The position numbers and the translations under genes are program-made. Positions 37,643 to 47,478 of a stretch of 47,478 nucleotides of DNA are shown here, in pieces. Source of the DNA: Octopus bimaculoides (Eukaryota); assembly GCF_001194135.2 (NCBI RefSeq), contig NC_068987.1:60817460-60864937 (forward strand). The letters run 5' to 3'. The notes under the pieces were generated by a model. The model saw only the letters and a list, made by a program, of their open reading frames with translations. It was not told where the DNA came from and did no database searches. Position 1 is the first letter of the stretch; each line of letters starts with the position of its first letter.

Positions 37643-38028
37643 CATACGCAGGCTGTGTTTTGTTTATACGCCGAATTTGTTGCAGGATAGCACCTGGGAA
37701 AGCTGCCTATATAACGCTGAGTGTTAAAGAACATCTGAATGCCACAGAACAAGTAAGAAACATGTCTTAATCACCAAAAATGGTAAATACCGATATTTCA
37801 TCATCATTGTGGCTTATCAATACCGCGTACTCGGATCATCTCGAAACGAATTGACTTGCTAGTCTATGACATGCAAACAGTGAAATCCATTTGCTCAGGG
37901 ATTCCGAGGCGAGTTGTCTCGCCTGGTCTGTGACAGTCAGGTGTTCTTTAATATTCAGCACTGTGTAAGTAGCTTTTCCAGTTGCTAACCGGCAGTAAAT
38001 ACAATGTAAAAAAAATACACTGTGTATG
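37643..38028. repeat. imperfect inverted repeat with gapless 67-nt cores (37686-37752 and 37923-37989)
   Basis: 51/67 identical by manual alignment; similarity extends about 40 nt outward. Confidence 0.8.
37686..37752 (+). CDS. candidate exon forming arm 1 of the inverted repeat (IAPGKAAYITLSVKEHLNATEQ)
   Basis: TTGTTGCAG| acceptor, CAA|GTAAGA donor, single open frame. Confidence 0.25.
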
Positions 38029-38458
38029 TGCAATTGGATATATATATATATATAAAATAAAAGTGGCTTATTCGCAATTTACAACCGAAAGGCAGGACTA
38101 CAGACGTCACTAAAGTGACTAAGGGTACTAGTTAGCACCAGCATTGCTAGAAATAAGAGTCAAAACAACTCTTAGCCACGAGAATGCACTTATCTTATAA
38201 CTGACAAGTGCATTCTCATGTCAACTTACAAGCATGGCAGTTACACACAAACTCGTATGCTTACAATATATACAGTACAGTAGCTATCCACACAACTTCT
38301 ATCTAACAATTTCACTTAAAGGCATAGTTTAGCCCAAAGCTATAGTAGAATAAATTTGCCCAGTGTGTCGTAATAGGATATCGAACCCAAGACCATGTTT
38401 CTTAACCACATTGTAAACAATGCAATGGCTTTTATAGCAATACATATATATATATATA

Positions 38459-39698
38459 CAGGAGTTGGACAAAATAATGGAAACACCTAGCATCATAGCA
38501 TCATAATTTTGAAATATCTATAAAACCATCAAAAGCTTGTTTATTTTTATGCTTTTTGATTAGTGTTGCTTAATATGTTTTGCTAAAATTGCTGTTTCTT
38601 TTCAGATATCATCAGAAAAAGGTAATTAAAATTCATTAAAATGACATCTATCGGGGTTTCAAAGAGGTCAAATTGTTGGTGCTTGTATGTTAGGCACTAG
38701 CATAACAAAAACAGCCGAAATGTTTGGTGTATCAAGAAGTACTGTCTCCAAAGTAATGACAGCCTTTGAGAAAGAGGAAAAAACCTCCTCATCGAAACAA
38801 AACTCCATAAGAAAACCAAAACTTTCAGATAGGGACCGTCGGACTCTTACGCAAAATGTTAGAAAGGATCACAAAAGTACAGCTCCCAGAATTACTGCAG
38901 AGTTTAATGACCTCAAGATCCCAGTTTCCACAAAAACTGTTCGGCGGGAGGTGCACAAAGCTGGATTTCATAGGAGGGCTGCAATCAGAAAACCACTACT
39001 TTCAAAAACATACATTGCAAAGCATTAAGAGTGGTGTAAAAACCTACAGAATTGGTCTCTAGAGCAGTGGAAGAATGTTATTCTCTCGGACTGGTCATCC
39101 TTTACCTTATTTCTGGCCACGAGCCGAGTATACATGTGGAGAAAGCCAAAACAAGAATTCTTCTTCCAACTGTTTAACATGGAGAAGGATCTGTGATGAT
39201 CTGGGGGAGCTATCTTGGAAATCCGCCGGCCCAATGGTTTCCCTTCATGGCAGAATTAATAGTCAAGACTAAGCATTTTATCTGATCATATTCATCCTAT
39301 GGTTGCGGAACTGTTTCCAGAGGGAAACGCAATGTTTCAGGATGATAATGCACCAATTCACACAGCTAAAGTTGTTACTGAATGGCACGAAGAACTTTCT
39401 AGTGAAGTTAAACATTTTATCTGGCCACCACAGTCCCCAGATCTCAATATTATTGAACATTTACAGTGCATTTTAGAAAAACAAATGAGTCAATATCCTC
39501 CACCATCATCACTACAAGAACTGGAGTCTGTTTTAGCTGAATAATGGACAAAATTTTCTTTGGAAACAATTCAAACTTTGTACGAGTCCATACCTTGTAG
39601 AATTCAAGCTGTAATTACTGCCAGAGGCAGTTCTACCCCATATTCAAATAAATTTGTTTGAAATTTTAAGGTGTTTCCATTATTTTGTCCAACTCCTG
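38459..39698 (+). mobile_element. full-length 1240-bp Tc1-type transposon with DD36E spacing (Incomer-like)
   Basis: perfect 30-bp TIRs CAGGAGTTGGACAAAATAATGGAAACACCT with TA on both flanks. Confidence 0.92.
38641..39645 (+). pseudogene. Tc1-family transposase pseudogene
   Basis: FQRGQIVG...FGVSRSTVSK HTH; ILSDWSSF, VMIWG, FQDDNAPIH, WPPQSPDLNIIEHL; in-frame stops (e.g. 39026) and frameshifts. Confidence 0.88.
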
Positions 39699-39749
39699 TA
39701 TTTATACATACTCAGCAAGTGATATCAAACGGGCTAATTTTGAGTTTTC

Positions 39750-41140
39750 AAATGAGTGAATGTGTATGCAATAGCGTCTTCTGAAAAAGTTGGCTGTACC
39801 TCCTATGAAAAGAATATAAGTGTACTGCAATGAAAAAGAGTTGCAGAGCACTGCAGTAAACCATTCATTTGTGCAGCAGGAACGTCTTAGACAATGAGAG
39901 ACTACCATCATATGCGTAAATGAAAGGTGTGAATGCGTGGGGGAGAAGGCAGATGTACGTATGTAGTAGGGTGTGTAAATGTGGGAGTAGTGTGAGAGTG
40001 AGGCTGTGGGGAAGCAAGGAGAATAGGTGTATAATTCCGGAGAAGATTAAGGAAAATACAAATTAGAGAAAATGAGGTGGTGAATTAAGATAAATCTCTC
40101 TTCCCTCCGAAAACTAGTGACAGGATTCTGGTGTTGGGTACGATGCTCATCAGAGTGGATATATCAAGAGACAAGCGACCTGTTGCCAACTTAGATAACT
40201 CTGAGATGCTTCGCAAACCTAATGGACTGTCGGTAGCCGATAGATCAAATTGTAAAGAAACACTGGAGCATCTATGCAGGTTATTGGAGATGCTTCAGAA
40301 TTAGTCTTTTACATGAGAAGTGAGGTGTTTGGGTCCGGTGACAGTAGTGATGTTAGAAAGGAAAGGGTGGGTGTGGTAGTACGAAAGTATTCGAAAGGGG
40401 TATGGAATGTGAAGGGGACTGCGTAGGTTGCGAGCACACACAAAAAAAATGAATTAGTGGGAGAAGCAAGAAATGATATGTAACAGGATCAGATTGGAGG
40501 AGGAGGATGCATTGTAAGGGTAGGGTGCCAGATGGAAGGGGATGCAGTGGCTGGGGTTAATAAGATGCAGAAAGACTCAACATAACTGACAAACAAACTG
40601 GTATAGGATCGACATCCAGTGCAATGATCGGTTGACGAGGTCCGTAAAGCGACCGAGGGTGTTTGGTAGTTGTACCATTATAAAAACACGGTTTTATGCA
40701 CTGTAAAAACTGTTCAACCCCTGTGCAGGTCCGAAACTCATCGCTGATGGCTATTAACGGTGTAGAAGCGGAGGCTAATGGAAAGATTATGTATTTGATG
40801 AACAGCAGCGATGGTGGAGGGCATGGGAAAGATGGGGTGGGGTTGAAGGGGCAGAGAGAATATAGGTGGGGTGATGAAGGATAATGGATGAAATACGGGA
40901 ATGGGGAAAGGACACGGACAGTAGAAGCAGAGACGTAGAACTGATGTGCGAAATGGCTGCTGTTGGAGGTGTGCAGTGGATAAATGAGTGAAGTTTACAA
41001 GATCTGATGGAGATAATGAATTGGAAAAGGAGACGGTTCTGGTGGTGGATGGAGAAGACGACGGAATGAGCAAGAAAAGGGGGAAGAGGACCGAGAGAAG
41101 GTGGTAGTCAATGGGTTGATTTTGGAGAGGACGATGGGCT
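39750..41140 (-). mobile_element. highly decayed Penelope-like element (RT C-terminus + GIY-YIG)
   Basis: minus strand at ~40190-40310 resembles SNNL.C.RC..C...IG...RF.EHLR; pyrimidine-rich sense strand like 13900-16310; limits approximate. Confidence 0.55.
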
Positions 41141-41309
41141 CTTCGGTTTCTGTCTATAAAAATTCACCCATAAGATTCTGGTCATTCCCAGAGCTATAGT
41201 AGAAGATACTTGCCCAAGGTGCCGCGCAGAGGGACTGAAACTAAAAATCACGAGATGTCAAAGCGAACTTCTTAACCACACAACGCCATCTGTGTGTGTG
41301 TGTATGCAT

Positions 41310-41520
41310 ATCGTTAGCACACCAGACAAAATGCTTTGGGAGCTTTTCGTCCATGTTTATGTTCTGAGTTCAGAACATAAACATGGACGAAACATGGACG
41401 GTGCTTTTCATCTTTTCAGGGTCAATAAAATAAGTACCAGTTAAATACTGTGGTTGGTGTAATCAACTTGCCCTTTCCTCCAAAATTACATGCCTTTTGT
41501 CTATAACAGAAATAATATAT
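41310..41520 (+). mobile_element. family C SINE with an internal palindromic rearrangement
   Basis: GTTAGCACACCAGACAAAATGC...TTTTCATCTTTTCAGGGTCAATAAAATAAGTACCAG. Confidence 0.65.
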
Positions 41521-41564
41521 ATACATATGTGTGTGTGGTGGTAGTGATGGTGGGGTTATTAATT

Positions 41565-42040
41565 ATTCTTTTCTACTCTAGGCACAAGGCCAAAAGTAAA
41601 AGTGCTCCATTAGTAAAAATCTGCAGCTGTTAAATCAGGAGAATGTGCAACAACTCAGCTGCACCTCATCATCCTTGCAAATTCTCATCCAGGTAAGCTC
41701 GCACGTTTTGGCTGTAGCATGGTCATGCACCGGCTCATTGATAAAGATTCATCATTTCTACGAAGTGCGTGTATGGCAGGTAAAAGATACATGTCCAGGT
41801 GTGCATGTGGAGTAACAGTACCTTCAGAGAAAAAAATGATCCTGTTAAACTATGGGGTGGGGTGGGGGGTGCAGTCGATTAGATCGACCCCTGTACGCAA
41901 TTGGTAGTTAATTTATCAACTCCGAAAGGATGAAAAACAAAGTTGACCTCGATAGAATTTGAACTCAGAACGTAACGACAGACGAAATACCGCTAAGCAT
42001 TTTGCCCGGCGTGCTAACGTTTCTGCTAGCTTGCCGCCTT
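41565..42040 (-). mobile_element. family C SINE (41850-42040), apparently separated from its tail (41565-41592) by a ~260-bp insert
   Basis: TCGATTAGATCGACCCC...GCTAGCTTGCCGCC; tail TTCTACTCTAGGCACAAGGCC. Confidence 0.6.
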
Positions 42041-42479
42041 GGGGGTTGTTAATTATTAACATATTATTATAAACTAACATGTTATGTCTCTTGTCTTTCA
42101 TTAAGTTCTGACTTATAGGAATTTCTTTTCTATATATGTTGTCTTTAAGAAATCTCTCTCCTTCTCTCTCAATTTAACGCATTTATTTTATTAGACGTTT
42201 CTCTTCCAGATAGAGGCCAAGTTCAAAAGACATGTATTTCTTTCTCCTCTGTAATTCCCACCTCCCGCCTCTCTCTCTCTCTTTCTCATTCATTCTTGTC
42301 ATTCAGTTTTGCATTCGGATATTAGGCATACATACACAGATAACTAAGCGACCAATTTGTTTTCCCAGTTTTCCAATCTCCGCTGAAAGACATTCGTATA
42401 ATTAATGCTATTAATTATTAACATAGTATTTATTGTTACTATATTGACTATCATGTTATATTTCCATTGTCTCACTTAA

Positions 42480-44445
42480 AGAGAAGCTTTCTTATTAACT
42501 CTTGCTAGATAAGTTAATCAGGATGTGTGTTGAATGTTCAAGCTTAGGTTAATCTTGGATATAAAGAAAGTAATATTTATCTGCATACGCACCACAACCA
42601 GGGCTAGCAGCTCATCAAGATCCGTTTTATGAGACCCTTCTGCAACTACGTAATATCTATAACGAATGGTGGAGACTTCAGTATTGTGACTATTGGTTTT
42701 AATGGAAACGTTCTACAACAAACTGTGGATTTCGACGTACATGATTCAAAGATTGGGGAAGGATTAATACTATTAGGATTCTGTGATACAAATAATTACT
42801 ATAATCTATTTACCAACTACAGAAAACCAAACAGTTAGCCATCTAATTATCTACCAATCAGGCAAAACACAAAAATCAATTAAACTTTATGTTTACTGGG
42901 AAATTGAATATACAGATGTTTGTGATTGTGAAATTTATCTCTTGTGATGACTGTACCATCCAGTATAGACTAGTGATTAGTGTTTTCAGGAAAAGAGACA
43001 GACGGGCTCTTGAAAGAGAACTTGTTCAGTGAAGAAGTACTAGTGAATGCATATAACAAGAGAGAGGAGAAGAATGTTCCACCTAGCATAAGCTAGTAAT
43101 TGAGAACTTTAGAGCACGTGCTAGGCAGACCTACAGAAAAATAATAATTAGGATATTAAAATTTAAAGAGTCATCAACCAGCCAAAGATCCAGTGAAGCT
43201 CTAATTGAGCAAAGCATATACAAGACAGAGACGGAGATAGAGACTTGTAACATAGAAGAAAACTGGTAGTTCCTATGAGACTACCTTCTGGAAGCAACGG
43301 GCTGAATCTATGGTTTGTGCATAGTCCAAGCAAGACAAAGGTTGATATGAGCTGAAATAGTACTGTAGTTAGATCCATAATGGCTAAGAGACAGGCTTTG
43401 AGGTACTGGAAGAAAGAGAGCAATAAAGGACAATATTAATTATCTACAAGAGAAGCTAGACGTTAGAAATATTGGCAAGGGTAGAAGCAGAAAGTAACAG
43501 ATTCTGAGCCGTGGGATCAAGGATGTAAGATATTCTGTATTGCAAGACGTTTGAGGGAAAATTGAGACATTGTTGAGGTGAACTGTGTACTACAGGATAA
43601 TGACAGAATAACTCTAATGCAAAGAGGCTTGGAAGTGCTATCACGAGAGGTTCTTGAAATAAAAGAATGCATGTGAGAAGTGAAGTGTTTACTAAGTAAA
43701 GCCAACAAAAGAAATAACCATTCAAACTGAGTGCGGTATAGTAGCAAGCACAAGGATATGAAAGCAGGGAAAGTATTTGGTCCATCGGACATACTATTTA
43801 AGGAAATAAGATGTTTGGTAGAGTAGGGTACAGATTAGTCAGGCTGGCGAGAAATATGTCGTACCCAGCTACTGTCGTAACAGCATCAACTGTTCCAAGG
43901 ACAAAGGAGAAAGATAATTACAGAAGCATCAATTACAGAGATCAAGGTGCGAGGCTTAGGTATTCGGCTCACGATCGTAAGGTCAAGAATTAATTTCCCG
44001 GTGACGCATTGTGTGCTTGAGCAAGCCACTTTATTTCTCATTGTTCCAGTTTACTCAGTTGGAAAAAATGAGTAGTATGTGTATTTTAAAGGGCCAGTCT
44101 TGTCATATCCTGTGTCATGCTAAATCTCCCTGAGAGATATGTTAATGGTACACATGTCTGTGGCGTGCTCAGCCACTTGCATGCTAATTTCACAAGCAGG
44201 CTGTTCCGTTGATTGGATCAGGCTACGACAGTTACAGAAATAGTTACAGTACAATTGGTTAGGAAGAGAACTGACTTAGTTGTGTTGCAGTTTAGACTCT
44301 TCCTAGCGAGAGAGCTGCAGAAGTACTTGACTAGATTCGTTAGATTCGTGGACCTTGAAATCATTGACAGAGTTTCACACTTTGTAACATGGTGGTCGCT
44401 AAAGAAAATAGACATAGAAGAATGGCTCGTGAGGTTCATATAAGC
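42480..44445 (+). mobile_element. decayed RTE-clade LINE (APE endonuclease + N-terminal RT)
   Basis: SAYAPQPGL (42580-42606), LLGFCDTNN...NYRKP, KDMKAGK..GPSDI, NYRSI, RELQKYL...FVDLE..DRV...WWSLKKIDIEEWLVR. Confidence 0.85.
43948..44213 (+). mobile_element. Meta/V-SINE-like SINE nested in the RTE
   Basis: GTATTCGGCTCACGATCGTAAGGTC...GTGCTTGAGCAAGCCACTTTATTT; splits the RT motif RGIK/LLDQ. Confidence 0.65.
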
Positions 44446-44807
44446 CATATACATATATCCAGTAGCAGGGGACTTAGACAGCCGTGCTGATAATGCCTAT
44501 TGAGGTAGAAAACATGTATTTTCGCATATTCTATCTCAAAACAATAAATCTTGAATCTTGAGATTCTCTACCCTCCTCATATAGTGCTTGTCTTATTTGC
44601 TATTTCGTAGTTATGACCTTCCTTGGAGGAAGAGATAATTTTAATAAATCAAGAGTTCGTATTGTATGGTATTTGATATACCTGTATGTCTATACTATCC
44701 AAATACATGTCACTGGCCTGATATTTCTCTCAGTTTATATTTTTTTTAAATGTGTATGTACACACACGCGCGCGCGCAAAGACACACACACACGATATAT
44801 ACATACA

Positions 44808-45211
44808 GGCGCAGGAGTGACTGTGTGGTAAGTAGCTTGCCTGCTAACCACAAGGTTCTGGGTTCAGTCCAACTACGTGGCACCTTGGGCAAGTGTGTTC
44901 TGCTATAGCCTCGGGTCGACAAAAGCCTTGTGAATTGATTTGGTAGAAACTGGAAGAAGCCCATCGTATATATATATTTATACAAATATATGTATATTTA
45001 TGTGTGTGCATGTGTTAGCGTGTTTGTTCCCCCAACATTGCTTGACAACCGGTGCTGGTGTGTTTACGTCCTCGTAACTTAGCGGTTCGGCAAAAGAGAC
45101 CGATAGAATAAGTACTAGTTTTACAAAGAATAAGTCTTAGGGTCGATTTGCTCGACTAAAGGCGGTGCTCCAGCATGGCCGCAGTCAAATGACTGAAACA
45201 AGTAAAAGAAT
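44808..45211 (+). mobile_element. young full-length family A/B SINE
   Basis: GGCGCAGGAGTGACTGTGTGGTAAG ... GACTGAAACAAGTAAAAGAATA. Confidence 0.85.
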
Positions 45212-45231
45212 ATAAGGAAGGAATTTCAACC

Positions 45232-45870
45232 ATGTTTCGTGGTCTGCTACCACAACAGCTCCTTTATAGGATCCAGTTAGCTCAAGACATCATCAGGAGG
45301 AACCACGTCCGGTTTCGGCCCCTACTCCTCTACCGTGTTGACGTGGCGGGGCCACCCCCTTTCGGAGGTGTCNNNNNNNNNNNNNNNNNNNNNNNNNNNN
45401 NNNNNNNNNNNNNNNNNNNNNNNNNNNNNNNNNNNNNNNNNNNNNNNNNNNNNNNNNNNNNNNNNNNNNNNNNNNNNNNNNNNNNNNNNNNNNNNNNNNN
45501 NNNNNNNNNNNNNNNNNNNNNNNNNNNNNNNNNNNNNNNNNNNNNNNNNNNNNNNNNNNNNNNNNNNNNNNNNNNNNNNNNNNNNNNNNNNNACGTGACA
45601 CTGTCTAAATTTCCCGCTGCTAGGGTCCAGTAGGTAGCACCAGCAAGTTGTCACATGACACTGTCTGAACTTTAACTGACAATGGAGGGCGCGAAGCCAC
45701 TTCAGTGTCAGCCTGTCTCACCTAGACATGTTATGACTTTCAAGCCATATTCGGTCTTCCCGCTTCAGCCATATATAGAAGCTGGCTTTTTCGACCGCCT
45801 CCTGTATCCTCCTTATCAGTTTTCTCAGTTCCGAGTTTGAAAACGCAAATCTTCTCTTGAATAGCGTTGT
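45232..45870 (-). mobile_element. 5'-truncated 3' end of an REL-endonuclease non-LTR element (HERO/NeSL-like), spanning the gap at 45373-45592
   Basis: 45870-45718 translates TTLFKRRFAFSNSELRKLIRRIQEAVEKASFYIWLKREDRIWLESHNMSR*, resembling the HERO C-terminal AEKASxWLWxKRxDxxW motif (recognition from memory). Confidence 0.55.
45373..45592. other. assembly gap
   Basis: 220 N. Confidence 0.99.
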
Positions 45871-45951
45871 CATTTTTCTTATACATACACATATCTATAT
45901 ACATTTATGTATGTATATATTTATGCATGTGTATGGAGGCGCGTGCATGTA

Positions 45952-46176
45952 CAGAGTCCGCTCGGGATAAATACAAGTTACCTTTAACCTCGACGATTAC
46001 AAGAGGAGCTCTAAATGGTGAGGCTTTAACTTCCAGACATTTATTAGTATGGCAAACTGTTACTTGAGCAACGTTGGCCATAGTGTCCTGTGAGACTGCT
46101 GCACATGTCGTCTCAGTTTCTTCCCGAAGGGCAGTTGATGTGGCTGGTTTACTGTGATACACGACATCCTTTAGGG
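45952..46176 (-). mobile_element. 3' end of a Tc1/mariner (maT/rosa-like) element
   Basis: [37 protein letters not shown]...NKCL C-terminal motif; terminus TA|CAGAGTCCG; cut at a hAT-MITE-like CAGGGGTTTTCAAACT at 46177. Confidence 0.65.
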
Positions 46177-46222
46177 CAGGGGTTTTCAAACTTTTTGACT
46201 TGCGGACCCCTTTATATTTCAG

Positions 46223-46596
<374 letters not shown>

Positions 46597-46628
46597 TCAA
46601 ACGATAGTTGATACACAGTAGGATGGGA

Positions 46629-47390
46629 TGTAATCTGTTTGTAAGGATTGGTTCTTCGTTGATTGCCATTATGTAAAGATGAAAGAACAGTGATTGAAGT
46701 TGTGAAGAAAATATTTATTTTATCATTACATTATACAATACCTTGTCTCGACGGGCAGGTGATAAAATCCTAGAGTGTGCGAAGTAAAAAAGTTAATTTC
46801 GGCCTGTGTGTTCTTATTGTAGTAGTAAACCATAGAGAGAAATATGGTAATGTGCAGAGAAGACAAAGTGTGTTAGTGAAAGAGAGAGAGTGTGGAAAAT
46901 TGGGTCTCATAGCTGCTGACAGTAAATTTCATTTTTCCATTTGACCATTGTCTTTAGTAGCTGTCTTACTTGTGATCATGATTCTAGCGTTCCGATCCCT
47001 AACTGATGGTAACTATCTCTGACTCGAGTTGTCATTCATTAACTAACTGATCGAGTTGTCACGAGTCGACTGAGTTATCACCAAGTGACTAACTGATTTT
47101 TGTTTGTGGGTTCTTGCTTTTATAACTATCCAGAAGGATAGACATATCATTGATAACAATAGACTTAGTTGTTGATACTTGTTATCTTAATTCTAGCTTT
47201 TGCTGGTCTAGGTGAGGTAAGAAGGGTCAAGTGGTGAAGACGTTATTTCGGCCTAGCTAAGGCAATCTGGCAAATATAAAACTGCTGTCACAGAAAAACT
47301 ATTGTTTTACCGTGAAAAAAAGTTCTGTTGAACTGTTACTTGAAATTTGAGTATGGTGGATCGAATCCACTTCATGCCTGCAAGATCCAT

Positions 47391-47394
<4 letters not shown>
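46629..47394 (-). mobile_element. possible solo LTR
   Basis: TGTAAT...ATTACA inverted termini; AATAAA on the minus strand near 46715; no matching TSD. Confidence 0.3.
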
Positions 47395-47419
<25 letters not shown>

Positions 47420-47427
<8 letters not shown>

Positions 47428-47478
47428 GAGAATGTGTGTCTGTCTGTCTGTCTGTGTGAATCCCTAAAACTCGAGAAC
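47420..47478 (+). mobile_element. possible Helitron-type non-autonomous element 5' end
   Basis: (TA)nAAATGAGAATG followed by (TGTC)n; cut by the window edge. Confidence 0.25.

Noticed and set aside
41627-41692. 66-nt exon-like unit with a CAG|GTAAGC donor
   Set aside because: It lies in an insert within a SINE in the CpG-rich region, has a poor polypyrimidine tract and has no phase partner.
45290-45316. GAAAC...CTGATGA on the minus strand, a permuted hammerhead-like core
   Set aside because: Only 4 nt separate the putative cleavage site from CUGAUGA, so helix I cannot form, and helix II does not pair. Worth revisiting only if the gap supplies a partner copy.

Overview
AT-rich, microsatellite-dense animal genomic DNA. 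The repeat content (tRNA-headed SINEs, RTE-type (GAT)n-tailed repeats) matches what I recognise as coleoid cephalopod, most likely Octopus; this is recognition, not a database result. No intact long ORF exists, and most ORF-track entries are microsatellite, N-gap or SINE artefacts. The window is dominated by transposon relics: over 25 SINE copies, two decayed Penelope-like elements (RT + GIY-YIG), an RTE LINE (APE + RT), a HERO-like LINE 3' end, three mariner derivatives, a full-length DD36E Tc1-type element, a further Tc1/mariner fragment, piggyBac- and hAT-type MITEs and a possible solo LTR. Short candidate exons with canonical splice sites, plus-strand T-run excess and CpG depletion suggest one or more spliced genes in about 1-37 kb, but I cannot name a protein. 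The most unusual object is a ~630-bp foldback element at 12965-13593. Each of its ~263-bp arms carries a minimal type I hammerhead-ribozyme core (CUGAGGA...GAAAC-UCGA-GUC), one per strand, and its right terminus is complementary to a sequence in the spacer. Repeat boundaries are estimated by eye unless TIR/TSD positions are given.
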